DNA of 64,000 nucleotides from an uncultured Campylobacterales bacterium (GCA_964443745.1 CAYUEN010000002.1:46140-110139); one strand, 5' to 3'. Positions 27,990 through 40,607 are shown, counted from the first letter of the stretch. Notes: generated by a model from the sequence alone, not told the origin. Numbers and translations: made by a program.

Positions 27990-29047
27990 CTGATCTTTAT
28001 CGTGATGAGTGCGAGGATGTTGGAGATGAGCGCCATAATCCAGAAGCGGACGATGATCTTGTTTTCCGCCCACCCTTTGAGTTCGAAATGGTGATGTATC
28101 GGCGCCATCTTGAAGACGCGCTTTTTGCGTGTTTTGTAGCTTCCCACCTGCAGTATCACCGAAACCGTCTCCATCACGAAGACGAAGCCGATCAAAATCA
28201 GCAGGATTTCGTTTTTGGTGATGATCGCCATATAGGCGATGAATCCGCCCAGTGCGAGTGAGCCGCTATCACCCATGAAGACTTCCGCGGGGTGGCAGTT
28301 GTACCACAGAAATCCGATCAAAGAGCCTACGAGTGCGGTCGCGACGATCGAGACCTCGCCGATTCCTTTGATGTTGGGAAGCAGCAGATAGTGGCTGAGG
28401 ATCGCATGACCCATGATATAGACGAATACACTGAGCGTAGTGATCGAAAAGATCGAAGGGACCGTAGCCAGTCCGTCGAGTCCGTCGGTAAGGTTGACGG
28501 CGTTGGAGGTGGAGACCATAATAACCACCCAGAATATCACGGCGAAAAAGTGCATGTCAAAAAGCGGATATTTGTAGAACGGAATATAGAGTTCGCTCAT
28601 AAATCCTCCGAAATAGAGGTAGAGGGAGATGAGGATGGAAACGCCGACCTGGATCCAGAATTTGGTCCGGGGAGAGAGGCCGGCTTCGTTTTTCGCGGCA
28701 CTGATTTTGGCCAGGTCGTCCCTGATGCCGATCAGTGCGAAAAGTACCAGCGTCAGTAGGGCTCCAAAGGCATAAAAGTTGTTGATTTTGATGCTGAACA
28801 GCGACGCGACGATCGTAGAAAACAAAAAGACCAATCCCCCCATTGTCGGTGTACTCGATTTGAGTTGGTGGGATTCGGGAGCATGGGCATAGATGGGTTG
28901 GTTCGCCTTTTTTCTGCGCGCCCACTGGATGAAACGGGGCATCAGATAGAGTGTGAGTCCGAGTGAAATGAAGAAGGACAAACCGGCTCTAACGGTGATA
29001 TATTGCAAAATATTTATCTCAAAAAGCCGATAAAGAAGATAGAACAT
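27986..29047 (-). CDS. mraY: phospho-N-acetylmuramoyl-pentapeptide transferase
   Basis: 10-TM protein with MraY motifs [23 protein letters not shown] and APIHHHFE. Confidence 0.93.
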   Translation of the reverse strand: MFYLLYRLFEINILQYITVRAGLSFFISLGLTLYLMPRFIQWARRKKANQPIYAHAPESHQLKSSTPTMGGLVFLFSTIVASLFSIKINNFYAFGALLTLVLFALIGIRDDLAKISAAKNEAGLSPRTKFWIQVGVSILISLYLYFGGFMSELYIPFYKYPLFDMHFFAVIFWVVIMVSTSNAVNLTDGLDGLATVPSIFSITTLSVFVYIMGHAILSHYLLLPNIKGIGEVSIVATALVGSLIGFLWYNCHPAEVFMGDSGSLALGGFIAYMAIITKNEILLILIGFVFVMETVSVILQVGSYKTRKKRVFKMAPIHHHFELKGWAENKIIVRFWIMALISNILALITIKIR

Positions 29048-29118
29048 ATCATTCCTTAAATGAATTAAAAGGCAATTGTAGTAAAATATTTCTTAAGACG
29101 ATGGAGGGGAATCATCCG

Positions 29119-30597
<1,479 letters not shown>

Positions 30598-30702
30598 AAA
30601 AAGCCTCTCTTTAACCTCTCTTTCGAGATTTTGCGGTCGGTTCGGGCCGGAAGATTTAGAAGCTTTATATTATCATGATCGAAAAGTTCGAAAAGGAGAG
30701 GT

Positions 30703-31446
30703 ATGCGCTTTAGCGGAGAGAATGTATTGATTACGGGTGCGAGCAGAGGTATCGGGGCGGATATCGCCAGAGTGTTGGCGGGATACGGGCTTAAGGTATG
30801 GATCAACTACCGCTCGAAACCCGAGCTTGCGGATGCACTCAAGGAGGAGATCGAAAACGGCGGCGGCAAAGCGGCGGTGATCGGATTTGACGCTAGTGAC
30901 GAAGGGGCGTTTGTCGCGGCTGTCAAGACGATCGTCGAGAGTGACGGCGGACTCTCCTATCTGGTCAACAATGCCGGTATCACCAACGACAAACTGGCGC
31001 TCAGGATGAAGCTTTCCGATTTCGAATCGGTGATCAGGGCGAATCTCGATTCCGCCTTTTTGGGTTGTCGCGAAGCACTCAAGGCGATGAGCAAGAAGCG
31101 TTTTGGGAGTGTGGTCAATATCTCCTCCATTGTCGGTGAAAGCGGCAATATCGGACAGACCAACTACAGTGCGAGCAAAGGGGCGATGAATGCGATGACG
31201 AAAAGTTTCGCGTTGGAGGGGGCTGCGCGGGGCGTGCGTTTCAACGCGATCACACCCGGTTTCATCGCGACGGAGATGACCGATCGACTCAGTGATGAAA
31301 TTCGGGAGAGTTATACGCGGAAGATACCGCTGGGACGCTTCGGCGATCCCAAGGACGTAGCCGAAGCGGTCGCCTTTTTGTTGAGCGATCAAGCCTCCTA
31401 TATCACGGGTGAGATTCTGAAGGTCAACGGCGGTATGTATATGTGA
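30703..31446 (+). CDS. fabG: 3-oxoacyl-[ACP] reductase
   Basis: SDR motifs TGASRGIG, NNAG and YSASKGA. Position at the head of the fab cluster. Confidence 0.9.
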   Translation: MRFSGENVLITGASRGIGADIARVLAGYGLKVWINYRSKPELADALKEEIENGGGKAAVIGFDASDEGAFVAAVKTIVESDGGLSYLVNNAGITNDKLALRMKLSDFESVIRANLDSAFLGCREALKAMSKKRFGSVVNISSIVGESGNIGQTNYSASKGAMNAMTKSFALEGAARGVRFNAITPGFIATEMTDRLSDEIRESYTRKIPLGRFGDPKDVAEAVAFLLSDQASYITGEILKVNGGMYM

Positions 31447-31512
31447 CATGCGCGCTAACAGTTTTTAACAATTTTTTGATATGATGATATTCACTTTTTC
31501 AAAGGAGAAACA

Positions 31513-31746
31513 ATGGCATTAATCGATGATGTAAAAGAGGTAGTCGTAGAGCAGCTGAACGTCAATGCGGACGAGGTGAAAGAGGACTCCAAATTCGTGG
31601 AAGATCTCGGCGCGGATTCCCTGGACGTCGTAGAGTTGGTCATGGCGCTCGAAGAGAAATTCGATATCGAAATTCCCGACAGTGATGCGGAAAAGATCAC
31701 GACTGTCGGCGACGCGATCAAGTATATCGAAGAGCACAGCGCGTAA
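31513..31746 (+). CDS. acpP: acyl carrier protein
   Basis: 77 aa with phosphopantetheine site [17 protein letters not shown]. Confidence 0.93.
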   Translation: MALIDDVKEVVVEQLNVNADEVKEDSKFVEDLGADSLDVVELVMALEEKFDIEIPDSDAEKITTVGDAIKYIEEHSA

Positions 31747-31810
31747 AAAGAAACAGTAAGCCCGAAGTTCGTTTCGGAACTTCGGGAGTGAGTAAGACGA
31801 AGGAGATGGA

Positions 31811-33040
31811 TTGAAAAGGGTAGTTGTTACGGGAATAGGTATGATCAATTCCGTTGGGAAAGATAAAGAGAGTTCTTTTAAAGCTATAGTAGAGGGTGAA
31901 TGTGGCATTAAAAGCATTACTCTGTTCGATACGACGAACCACTCCGTGAAAATCGCGGGTGAGATATCGGATTTCGATCCCAAAACCGTGATGAATCCCA
32001 AAGAGGTCAAAAAAGCCGATCGTTTCATTCAGCTTGGTATAAAAGCGGCGCGTGAAGCGATGGAGGATGCGAATATCGAGGAGGGATCGGTCGATTACGA
32101 CCGTTTCGGTATCGTCTCCGCTTCGGGTATCGGGGGGTTGACCAATATCGAAAAAAACGCGATCATCAGCAGCACCAGGGGGCCAAGACGGATATCACCC
32201 TTTTTCATCCCCTCGGCACTGGTCAACATGCTGGGTGGATTCATTTCGATAGAGCACAATCTCAAAGGACCGAATCTTTCCGACGTGACAGCCTGTGCGG
32301 CGGGAACCCATGCCATCAGCAACGCGACCAAAACGATCATGTTGGGCGGCGCGGACCGAATGCTCGTAGTGGCGGCGGAAGCGGCGATCTGCGATGTCGG
32401 TATCGGCGGTTTTGCGGCGATGAAGGCGCTTTCCACCCGAAACGACGACCCGCAACGCTCATCCAGGCCTTTCGATGCGGAGCGTGACGGATTTGTCATG
32501 GGAGAGGGCGGTGCGGCACTGGTGCTCGAGGCGTATGAAAGTGCTGTCGAAAGAGGAGCGAAAATCTATGCCGAAGTGGTCGGTTTCGGAGAGAGCGGCG
32601 ATGCCAACCACATCACGACACCCGCACCCGAAGGAGAGGGTGCCTATCGGGCGATGAAGGCGGCGATGCAGATGGCCGGTGTGCCGAAAATCGACTATAT
32701 CAACGCGCACGGTACGAGTACCAAATACAACGACTGGTACGAGACGATGGCGGTCAAGAAGCTCTTCGGCGGTAAAGAGAATTGCCCGCCGATCAGTTCC
32801 ACCAAGGGACAGATAGGCCACTGCCTGGGGGCTGCCGGCGGTATGGAGGCGGTCATTTGCCTGATGGCGATGCGAGACGGTATCATCCCTCCGACGATCA
32901 ACTACACCACTCCCGATCCCGACTGTGATCTCGATTATGTGCCAAACGAAGCGCGCAAGGCGGATCTGGAGGTTGTTATGAGCAACTCTTTTGGATTTGG
33001 CGGGACGAACGGTTCGGTCATTTTCAAAAAAATCGGATAA
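31811..33040 (+). CDS. fabF: 3-oxoacyl-[ACP] synthase II
   Basis: TTG start. Active-site Cys context (DVTACAAGTHA), HGTST, GHCLGAAG, SFGFGGTNG. Confidence 0.92.
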   Translation: MKRVVVTGIGMINSVGKDKESSFKAIVEGECGIKSITLFDTTNHSVKIAGEISDFDPKTVMNPKEVKKADRFIQLGIKAAREAMEDANIEEGSVDYDRFGIVSASGIGGLTNIEKNAIISSTRGPRRISPFFIPSALVNMLGGFISIEHNLKGPNLSDVTACAAGTHAISNATKTIMLGGADRMLVVAAEAAICDVGIGGFAAMKALSTRNDDPQRSSRPFDAERDGFVMGEGGAALVLEAYESAVERGAKIYAEVVGFGESGDANHITTPAPEGEGAYRAMKAAMQMAGVPKIDYINAHGTSTKYNDWYETMAVKKLFGGKENCPPISSTKGQIGHCLGAAGGMEAVICLMAMRDGIIPPTINYTTPDPDCDLDYVPNEARKADLEVVMSNSFGFGGTNGSVIFKKIG

Positions 33041-33052
33041 CTGGATCGCACG

Positions 33053-34075
33053 ATGGTCACGTATCTTGATTTCGAAAAGGGGATTCAGCAGATCGATCAG
33101 GATCTGCATGAAGCCAAAGCCAAAGGAGATCTGGATGCGGTGGAGATTCTTGAGAAAAACCTCGAAAAAGAGATCAGCAAAACTTTCAAAAATCTCTCCG
33201 ATTATCAAAAGCTTCAACTGGCGCGTCATCCGAGTCGTCCCTATGCGCTCGATTATATCCGTGGTATGATGGAAGATGCCTACGAACTCCACGGTGACCG
33301 CTGTTTTCGCGACGATCCGGCGATTGTCTGCTATATCGGCAAAATCGGCGGGAAAAAAGCGATCGTGATCGGTGAACAGAAAGGGCGGGGCACCAAAAAC
33401 AAACTCAAACGCAATTTCGGGATGCCCCATCCGGAGGGATACCGAAAGGCGCTGCGTGTTGCCAAACTCGCCGAAAAGTTCAAAATCCCCGTTCTGTTTC
33501 TGATCGACACGCCCGGTGCCTATCCGGGAATCGGCGCCGAGGAGAGGGGTCAGAGCGAAGCGATCGCCTACAATCTTTTCGAACTTAGCGAACTCAACAC
33601 GATCACGGTCTCCGTGGTCATCGGAGAGGGCGGTAGCGGTGGAGCGTTGGCGATTGGTGTGGCGGACAGACTCGCGATGATGCGATATTCCGTCTTCAGC
33701 GTCATTTCGCCGGAGGGGTGCGCCGCGATTTTGTGGAACGATCCTTCCAAACAGGAGCAGGCTACCAAGGCGATGAAAATCACGGCCGAGGATCTCAAAG
33801 AACTCGGCTTGATCGACGATGTGATCGACGAGCCGATTGTCGGCGCGCATCGGGACAAACAGGGTGCTATCGATGCGGTAAAATCCTATTTTCTCAAAAG
33901 TGTCGAAGAGTTGGAACAACTCGACGACGTGACGCGTCTGGAAGAGCGTTATCAAAAGCTGATTTCAGCCGGTGCGTTCAGTGAAGGTGAAGAGGAAGAG
34001 GAGCCCAGTGCACTCTCTTCGCTGCTTGAAAAGATCCAGCCTTCATCCTCCGACAAAGATAAAGAGAGCGACTAG
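33053..34075 (+). CDS. accA: acetyl-CoA carboxylase carboxyltransferase alpha subunit
   Basis: [28 protein letters not shown] motifs. It carries a ~25-aa acidic/Ser-rich C-terminal tail. Confidence 0.9.
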   Translation: MVTYLDFEKGIQQIDQDLHEAKAKGDLDAVEILEKNLEKEISKTFKNLSDYQKLQLARHPSRPYALDYIRGMMEDAYELHGDRCFRDDPAIVCYIGKIGGKKAIVIGEQKGRGTKNKLKRNFGMPHPEGYRKALRVAKLAEKFKIPVLFLIDTPGAYPGIGAEERGQSEAIAYNLFELSELNTITVSVVIGEGGSGGALAIGVADRLAMMRYSVFSVISPEGCAAILWNDPSKQEQATKAMKITAEDLKELGLIDDVIDEPIVGAHRDKQGAIDAVKSYFLKSVEELEQLDDVTRLEERYQKLISAGAFSEGEEEEEPSALSSLLEKIQPSSSDKDKESD

Positions 34076-34221
34076 CCGCTCTCCTCCTTTTTCCACTCCG
34101 TTCTATATTTCTACTCTTTTTAAAAAAAGCGATTTGTCCGAAGTGAATATTCCAATGGCAATGTGTCTTGGTCACAAAATGCAAAAGAGCAGCGATCGAA
34201 AGTGAAAATGGATAAGAGGAG

Positions 34222-34248
34222 TATAAAGAGGGAGTGTCCCTCTTTATA
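34222..34248. terminator. perfect 12-bp stem / 3-nt loop hairpin between the convergent accA and petC genes
   Basis: TATAAAGAGGGA-GTG-TCCCTCTTTATA, 10 nt beyond the petC stop (minus strand) and 146 nt after the accA stop. Confidence 0.55.
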
Positions 34249-34257
34249 CGTAATGGT

Positions 34258-35187
34258 TTAGTGGAGTTTTTTCCAGACGGATTTTTTCCACAGATATGCC
34301 AAAACGGCGAAGATGACAAAATAGAGAATGACCCATGGTCCCAGAGCTTCACGCTTCGGTTTGCTAGGATCTCCGATCTCTTCGAGATATTTGACCACTT
34401 TTTCGTATCCCTCTTTCGTCAGACCTACACGCGGCATCGCCGTGCCGGGAAGCTGGGATTGTGGATTTTCCACGAAAGTCTCGAGGAAATTCTCGCTTCT
34501 GGCTCTGATAATAATGGAAAGATCAGGCGGAAGTTTGCCCATATACTTCTTCAGATGATCCTGATATTCGAGTACTTTGACTTTATAGGCGAGTTCGTCT
34601 TTTTCGTATTTGAATTTTGGAGTTTCACCCATTTGTGTCCATTTGGCATAGCGCATCGCATGACATCTTCCGCAAGCCATTTCGTACGCCTCTTTCGGAG
34701 AGACCTCTTTGGGAGCGATCGATTTGAAATAGGCGACCATATCGGCGATCTCTTGGTCGATATCTCCACCCGCACCGAAAAACGGAGTCATAGGATGAGG
34801 TTTTTCCTGGCTGAATTTGTGTTCTACTTTCAGTGCATGTGCGGGGTTTTTGATGACGGCGGCCAGGAAACGATCATCCAGCAGTGCGCCGATGTTGCTC
34901 AAATCGGGCGGATTCACTCCGTAGCTGGCAGCCGCTGTAAGCGGGTCCATCGGTGCCGGCATTCCAGCTGCTTTGAGGCCGTGACATCCCGTACAGGCAC
35001 CCGCACCCATTACCAGCTCTTTTCCTTTTGCTGGATCACCCTTTTTACTCAGAGCGGGCAAATCTTTATACGTGAAATCTTCGCTTTCCACATGTTTGTG
35101 CATCTGGGAATGCGCAAACGGTTCGACACCCCAGTATACCAGAAGTGAAAAGAATACGACTACCGCTAATATCTTCAACTCTTTCAT
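34258..35187 (-). CDS. petC: diheme cytochrome c subunit of the cytochrome bc1 complex
   Basis: Two CxxCH sites (CTGCH, CGRCH), an N-terminal signal/anchor and a C-terminal TM helix. 4-nt overlap with petB. Confidence 0.8.
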   Translation of the reverse strand: MKELKILAVVVFFSLLVYWGVEPFAHSQMHKHVESEDFTYKDLPALSKKGDPAKGKELVMGAGACTGCHGLKAAGMPAPMDPLTAAASYGVNPPDLSNIGALLDDRFLAAVIKNPAHALKVEHKFSQEKPHPMTPFFGAGGDIDQEIADMVAYFKSIAPKEVSPKEAYEMACGRCHAMRYAKWTQMGETPKFKYEKDELAYKVKVLEYQDHLKKYMGKLPPDLSIIIRARSENFLETFVENPQSQLPGTAMPRVGLTKEGYEKVVKYLEEIGDPSKPKREALGPWVILYFVIFAVLAYLWKKSVWKKLH

Positions 35188-36410
35188 TTAGCACCTCCTA
35201 CCGGTTTTTCCATTTTGGTGATAATCGGCAGCAGTACCCATAGAGCGATGAAGATCACTGCGGCAATCAGACCGATTACGTTCCATATTCCCTGAGGTGG
35301 AAGTTTACCCATCACCGTCAACAGGATCATATCCACAAGCAGAATCCAGAACCAGTATTTAAACGGTCCTCTTCTATTCGCAGGGGCGACGTTGGGGCTT
35401 CTGTCGAGGAATGGAAGCAGCAGGAAGATTACCTGTGCGAAACCGAAGGCGACGAGTCCCGGATCTTTCGGGAACGGTCGGAGGATTTCGTAACTCCAGA
35501 GGAAATACCACTCAGGATAGATATGCGGCGGTGTTTTGAGTCCGTCGGCAGGGTCGAAGTTGACCGGATCCATCGCGAATTCGAAATGGTAGAAGACCAG
35601 ATAGAAGAAGAAAATCAGAAAAATCGCCAGGACAAAGATGTCTTTCGCAAGAAAATCCCACTGAAAACGGATCACCTTGGCGTTTTTCGTATCGCCCGCG
35701 AGATATTTCTTCGCTTCCGCGTCAAAATCGATCTCTTCGCCATCTTGGTTGTTGACGTGCGGAATCCGCAGTGTCGCGAAGTGAAAGACGATCAGAGCGA
35801 GAATGATCAACGGCATCAGCAGTACGTGCAACATGAAAAATCGCGTCAAAAACGCATCGCCCGGTACATAGTCACCTCTGATCCACTCGACCAGTCCGTT
35901 GAGTTCCAAGGAACCGAGGCTAAAGAGGTTGGTGATAACCATACCAGCCCAGTAACTCATCTGTCCCCACGGCAACATATATCCGCTGAACGCTTCGGCC
36001 GAAAAGGTGATGAAAAGAAGCATACCGGAAATCCAGATCATCTCCCGCCCTTTTTTGTAGGAGCCGTAGTAGATCGCCGTGAACATATGGATATAGATGA
36101 TCAAAAAGACGACAGATGCCGCGACACCGTGAATATGTCTCCAGAGCCATCCGTATCCCACTTCGCTCATAATCGTATAGTTGACGGAATCGAATGCCAG
36201 TTTGACATCCGGCTTGTAATACATCAACAAAAAGATACCCGAAATCAGCAGCAGACCGAAAGTCACCGCCAACACCATTCCCATTGCCCACAAAAAGTTG
36301 ATATTTTTGGGGATCCAATACTCCGTAGCCAATACCCTGCGTACCGTGTCGATCGCGAGGCGTTGGTTCAGCCAGTCATGTATGCTGGTCGCTTTTGTAA
36401 AATGTGCCAT
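35184..36410 (-). CDS. petB: cytochrome b subunit of the bc1 complex
   Basis: Polytopic, with conserved heme-ligand His contexts (WRHIHG..., FHF) and a PEWYFL motif. Confidence 0.9.
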   Translation of the reverse strand: MAHFTKATSIHDWLNQRLAIDTVRRVLATEYWIPKNINFLWAMGMVLAVTFGLLLISGIFLLMYYKPDVKLAFDSVNYTIMSEVGYGWLWRHIHGVAASVVFLIIYIHMFTAIYYGSYKKGREMIWISGMLLFITFSAEAFSGYMLPWGQMSYWAGMVITNLFSLGSLELNGLVEWIRGDYVPGDAFLTRFFMLHVLLMPLIILALIVFHFATLRIPHVNNQDGEEIDFDAEAKKYLAGDTKNAKVIRFQWDFLAKDIFVLAIFLIFFFYLVFYHFEFAMDPVNFDPADGLKTPPHIYPEWYFLWSYEILRPFPKDPGLVAFGFAQVIFLLLPFLDRSPNVAPANRRGPFKYWFWILLVDMILLTVMGKLPPQGIWNVIGLIAAVIFIALWVLLPIITKMEKPVGGAK

Positions 36411-36419
36411 TACTCCTCC

Positions 36420-36929
36420 TTATGCGATTAAGCCGGCAGCTTTCATCTTTTTGTACTCCGGTCCCTCTTCACCCAATACCAGTTTGGTTCCCTCGAGTTT
36501 GAACGGTGGAATGACCAGGGGGCTCGGTGGGGGAGCCTTCAGTACCTTGCCGCTTGCATCGAACTGTCCTCCATGACAAGCACAGATGAATTTGTGATCT
36601 TTGGGAAAGTATGCGGGAATACAGCCAAGGTGCGTACAGAGTCCGATGGAGACATGGAATCTGTCTTTTCCCACGACCACGTCTCTTTCGTCGGCTTTCA
36701 TATCCGGTGTTTTCTTGAGGATGAAGATAGGCTTACCACGCCACTTCTCCACATTTAACACATTCGGCTCAGCCGCACTTAGGTCCACTGTCGTGAAACC
36801 CGCTGCTTTGACACTCGGCAGCGGATCCCAGGTACGCTTCATAGCACCAAGCGCTGCAATACCGCCCAGTGCTGTAAAGCCGCCCAAAGCCATGCCGAGA
36901 AAGTCTCGTCTGTTTTTTTCAACAGCCAT
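36420..36929 (-). CDS. petA: Rieske 2Fe-2S subunit of the bc1 complex
   Basis: Tat signal NRRDFLG. Rieske boxes CTHLGC and CACHGG. ATG at 36929 lies 5 nt after AAGGAG; the ORF-track GTG at 36935 sits inside the RBS. Confidence 0.88.
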   Translation of the reverse strand: MAVEKNRRDFLGMALGGFTALGGIAALGAMKRTWDPLPSVKAAGFTTVDLSAAEPNVLNVEKWRGKPIFILKKTPDMKADERDVVVGKDRFHVSIGLCTHLGCIPAYFPKDHKFICACHGGQFDASGKVLKAPPPSPLVIPPFKLEGTKLVLGEEGPEYKKMKAAGLIA

Positions 36930-36959
36930 ATGCACTCCTTTAAAATTTTGGTAAACTCT

Positions 36960-36965
36960 ATTATA
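36960..36965 (-). promoter_or_regulatory. candidate -10 box (TATAAT) of the petABC operon
   Basis: The minus strand reads GGCTATAATAGAGTTTACCAAAATTTTAAAGGAGTGCATATG, with TATAAT about 30 nt upstream of the petA ATG. Confidence 0.35.
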
Positions 36966-37046
36966 GCCCTTTGTGCGTTAATTCGCCTTGATATGACGCA
37001 AGTTCGTCACAATTTTTAGAGAAAGTGACGTACTTACAAGAAGGCG

Positions 37047-38930
37047 TTATTTTTTTGATAAGGAACGCTTTTTTTCGTGCATACGGATATAGATGTGGAG
37101 GATGTCGATCGCCGCCGGTGTGACACCGCTGATCCGGCTTGCGGCATGGAGTGTGGGAGGATTGAATGTCTGTAATTTCTCCACGATTTCGTTGCTGAGC
37201 CCCGAAACGGAAGCGAAATCGAAATTTTCGGGAATTTTGATGCCGAGGAGATCTTTCATCCTGTCGATCTGGCTCTGCTGTTTTCGGATGTAGCTGGCGT
37301 ATTTGGATTCGATCAAGATTTGCTCTTTCGCATCTTCGGGAATATCGGCGTATCTGGGGAGAAGTGCGTCGAATTTTTCGATGGTGAACGATTTGCGGGC
37401 GACGATACGTTGAAGCGGCACTTTGTCCGTTACGCCCGCTTCGTCGATTTCGGCGAGTCTGGCGTTGTTCTCTTTCGAGGGGGTGATGAAGGTTCGCTCC
37501 AGATAGCTCATGACCTCTTCGACCGCTTTGCGTTTGGCTTCGACATTTCGATAGTGCGTTTCGTCGATCAATCCCAGCTCGTATCCATAACGGCAAAGCC
37601 TCAAATCGGCATTGTCTTCACGCAGCAGCAGGCGATATTCGGCACGGCTGGTAAACATACGGTAGGGTTCTTTGGTTCCTTTTGTCACCAGGTCGTCGAT
37701 CAAAACACCGATATAGGCCTCGTCCCTTCTTAGAATCAGCGGCTCTTTTGCGTCGATGGCGAGTACGGCGTTGATACCCGCCATCAATCCCTGTGCGGCC
37801 GCCTCTTCGTATCCGGTCGTTCCGTTGATCTGGCCGGCGAGATAGAGCCCTTCGACCTTTTTGGTCTCCAGCGTGTGCGTAAGCTCCGTGGGGTCGACGT
37901 AGTCGTATTCGATCGCATAGCCGTAGCGGGTGATTTTCGCGTTTTCGAGTCCCTTGATCGTATGGAGCATCTCCAATTGGGTGTCGGGCGGAAGAGAGGT
38001 GGAGAGGCCGTTGATGTAGTACTCCGTCGCATCCAGTGTTTGCGGTTCGACGAAAAGGTGGTGGCGTTCTTTTTCTCGGAAGCGGTTGATCTTGTCCTCG
38101 ATACTGGGGCAGTAGCGCGGCCCGACCCCTTCGATCTGTCCTGTGAAGAGCGGTGCTCTGTGGAAATTTCCTTCGATGATGTCGTGGGTTTTTTCATTGG
38201 TGTAAGTGATGTAGCATGGCAGTTGGGTGGGACGGAAACTTTCGCGGTCCGTACGAAAACTGAAAGGGGTGGGGTTTTCGTCTCCCCCCTGCTCCTCCAT
38301 CACCGAAAAATCGATTGTGGAGCCGTCTATCCTGGGGCAGGTACCGGTTTTGAGGCGTCCCATCGAAAGGCCCAGCGCTTCGAGGCTTTCACTCAACTTT
38401 CTGGAGGGGAATTCGCCGGCTCTTCCGGCTTCTTGTTTGAATTCGCCGATATGGATGAGGCCGCGCAGGAAGGTTCCGGTGGTGACGATCACCTTCTTGG
38501 CGTAGTAGCGGTTTTGCAGATGGGTGATAATGCCTAGTACCACACCATCGTCCACGATCAACGTATCGGCGATCTCCTGTTTGATCGAGAGATTTTCGGT
38601 GTGCAGACAGAGATTGCGCATACGGATGCGGTAGCGATCCATGTCGATCTGGGCGCGGCTTCCTCTGACTGCGGGTCCTTTGGAGGCGTTGAGGATTCGA
38701 AACTGAATGCCCGTTTCGTCGGTACAGCGTCCCATCTCGCCGCCGAGTGCGTCGATCTCTTTGACCAGATGTCCCTTGGCCAGCCCGCCGATGGCGGGAT
38801 TGCAGCTGGCCGCACCGATCTGCTCCACGAGAATCGTCAACAAGAGTGTCTTTTTTCCCATTCTGGCCGAAGCGAGTGCCGCTTCGATACCGGCGTGTCC
38901 GCCGCCGATGACTATAATGTCGTATTTCAT
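37047..38930 (-). CDS. mnmG: tRNA uridine 5-carboxymethylaminomethyl modification enzyme
   Basis: FAD motif [15 protein letters not shown]. GidA-like throughout (627 aa). Confidence 0.93.
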   Translation of the reverse strand: MKYDIIVIGGGHAGIEAALASARMGKKTLLLTILVEQIGAASCNPAIGGLAKGHLVKEIDALGGEMGRCTDETGIQFRILNASKGPAVRGSRAQIDMDRYRIRMRNLCLHTENLSIKQEIADTLIVDDGVVLGIITHLQNRYYAKKVIVTTGTFLRGLIHIGEFKQEAGRAGEFPSRKLSESLEALGLSMGRLKTGTCPRIDGSTIDFSVMEEQGGDENPTPFSFRTDRESFRPTQLPCYITYTNEKTHDIIEGNFHRAPLFTGQIEGVGPRYCPSIEDKINRFREKERHHLFVEPQTLDATEYYINGLSTSLPPDTQLEMLHTIKGLENAKITRYGYAIEYDYVDPTELTHTLETKKVEGLYLAGQINGTTGYEEAAAQGLMAGINAVLAIDAKEPLILRRDEAYIGVLIDDLVTKGTKEPYRMFTSRAEYRLLLREDNADLRLCRYGYELGLIDETHYRNVEAKRKAVEEVMSYLERTFITPSKENNARLAEIDEAGVTDKVPLQRIVARKSFTIEKFDALLPRYADIPEDAKEQILIESKYASYIRKQQSQIDRMKDLLGIKIPENFDFASVSGLSNEIVEKLQTFNPPTLHAASRISGVTPAAIDILHIYIRMHEKKRSLSKK

Positions 38931-38995
38931 AACTTTCGTTCCCGGTTGTAGTCGCTTTGGAGGTGCTCCTTATTATACCATGGTATAATCAGTCT

Positions 38996-39604
38996 ATGTT
39001 TACGGGACTTATCAGAGAGACGGCCACGGTCGAGCGTTTCAGTGGCGATTTATTGACGATTCGCAGCGGCTATCGTCCAAAGATCGGGGATTCGATCGCG
39101 GTCAACGGCGCATGTTTGACTGTCGTCAAAAGCGGCGACGGTACGTTTACGGTGGAGCTTTCGCCCGAAACGCGTGCGGTGATCGCCACGGAGAATCTGT
39201 ACGGAGAAGTCCATATCGAACCCGCCATGCGGCCGAGCGATCGGCTGGAGGGCCATATCGTACAGGGACATATCGATACGACGGGTGAGATCGTAAAGAT
39301 CGAAAAGAGCGGAAACAGTCACGATTTTTTCGTAAAGCTCGATCCTGGCTTCCTTAGATTCGTCATTCCCAAAGGCAGCGTCGCGATCGACGGTGTGAGC
39401 CTGACGGTCAATGAAGTCTTTCGCGAGTATTTTCGCCTCACGATCATTCCCCACACGATGCGAAACACCCTCTTTCGCGAGTATCGGCAGGGAAGGCGGG
39501 TCAATATCGAAACCGACATGTTCGCCCGCTATCTCTACCATCTGTTCGGCAAGAAGGAGTCGCTCAGCTGGGAGGTGGTCGATCGGATTCTGGCGGGATA
39601 CTGA
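38996..39604 (+). CDS. ribE: riboflavin synthase (alpha chain)
   Basis: MFTGLI N-terminus and duplicated lumazine-binding repeats (GDSIAVNGACLTV / GSVAIDGVSLTV). Confidence 0.88.
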   Translation: MFTGLIRETATVERFSGDLLTIRSGYRPKIGDSIAVNGACLTVVKSGDGTFTVELSPETRAVIATENLYGEVHIEPAMRPSDRLEGHIVQGHIDTTGEIVKIEKSGNSHDFFVKLDPGFLRFVIPKGSVAIDGVSLTVNEVFREYFRLTIIPHTMRNTLFREYRQGRRVNIETDMFARYLYHLFGKKESLSWEVVDRILAGY

Positions 39605-40344
39605 TGCGGTTTTCGCTGTTTGAAGCTTATGATGACCTATTGTTGCATACGGTTACCGATCGTACGGGAGGAGTGAGCGCTTCTCCTTTCGATACGCTCA
39701 ATCTCGCCCTCCATGTGGGCGACGACCCCCGAAGTGTGATCGAAAACCGCACGATTTTGGCACGAAGAGAGGGGTTTTTGATAGAAAATCTGATCTATAT
39801 GGAGCAGGTCCACAAAGATCGCATCGTGGAGATCGACCACCCCTTTTACAACAAAATTCCCGAATGCGACGCGCTGATCACCGACAGATCCAATATTCCG
39901 CTGATGGTGATGGTCGCCGACTGCCTGCCTCTGCTCTTTTTCGATCCGCAACGAAAAGTGATCGCCGTCGCACATGCGGGACGAAACGGAACGTTTCTGG
40001 GAATCGCTTCGAAAGTAACAAAGAGGATGCATGAGCGGTACGGATGCGATAAAGAGGCGATTTTGGTCGGTATCGGTCCGGGTATTCATGCTTGCTGTTA
40101 TGAAGTGGGGCGGGAGATTGTCGATATAGTGGTCAAAAGCTATGGAGAGAAGTACGTGGAACAAAGAGGCGAAAGATTTTTCCTGGATTTGCCGCGGATG
40201 AATTTCGATCAGCTCAGGGATGCGGGGGTGGCCCGAAAGCATATCGAAATCGCATCCCGTTGCAGCTGTTGCGAGCGGGAATACTTCTCCTATAGGCGAG
40301 AGGGGACGACCGGTCGTTTCGCCGGCGTGATGATGCTACGATGA
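39604..40344 (+). CDS. pgeF: YfiH/PgeF family laccase-domain protein (peptidoglycan editing factor / purine nucleoside phosphorylase-like)
   Basis: MEQVH, ADCLP, AHAGR and CTCC-like C-terminal motif (CSCCEREYFSYRR). TGATG overlap with ribE. Confidence 0.8.
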   Translation: MRFSLFEAYDDLLLHTVTDRTGGVSASPFDTLNLALHVGDDPRSVIENRTILARREGFLIENLIYMEQVHKDRIVEIDHPFYNKIPECDALITDRSNIPLMVMVADCLPLLFFDPQRKVIAVAHAGRNGTFLGIASKVTKRMHERYGCDKEAILVGIGPGIHACCYEVGREIVDIVVKSYGEKYVEQRGERFFLDLPRMNFDQLRDAGVARKHIEIASRCSCCEREYFSYRREGTTGRFAGVMMLR

Positions 40345-40607
40345 GAGAGAAAGCCGTCGCACTCAAGTACGACAAGGAGAGCGGTTCGGCGCCGAAAGTG
40401 GTCGCGAAAGGGGAGGGGGAGATCGCCAAAAAGATCATGGAAAAAGCGCAGGCATACGATGTGCCCATCTTTCAAAACGCGGCATTGGCGGAGAGCTTGT
40501 TGAAACTCGATCTGGACGAGCAGATTCCCCCCGCTCTCTATCAGGCGGTGGCGGAGGTGTTCGTGTGGTTGATGAAAAGCGAAAAGAAGGCGGAACTCAG
40601 TCGGTGA
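40341..40607 (+). CDS. stand-alone FlhB C-terminal-domain-like protein (EscU/YscU/HrcU family fragment)
   Basis: 88 aa: AVALKYD...APKVVAKGEGEIAKKI...A..YDVPIFQNAALAESL...IP..LYQAVAEV resembles the post-NPTH part of FlhB. ATGA overlap with pgeF. Confidence 0.7.
   Translation: MREKAVALKYDKESGSAPKVVAKGEGEIAKKIMEKAQAYDVPIFQNAALAESLLKLDLDEQIPPALYQAVAEVFVWLMKSEKKAELSR

Noticed and set aside
32459-33955. A 498-aa minus-strand ORF. Similar long antisense ORFs occur at 49602-51017 (471 aa), 51523-52968 (481 aa), 48097-49326 (409 aa), 24918-25850 (310 aa) and 11254-12279 (341 aa).
   Set aside because: Each lies antisense to a strongly supported housekeeping gene (fabF/accA, argS, feoB, the poly-E gene/gmk, recQ, hemB). 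None has recognisable motifs or a start context. This is the same antisense-frame artefact.
33980-34075. The acidic/Ser-rich C-terminal extension of AccA as a fused extra domain.
   Set aside because: It is only ~25-30 aa of low-complexity sequence ([13 protein letters not shown]…[10 protein letters not shown]) with no motif. I treated it as a disordered tail rather than a separate feature.
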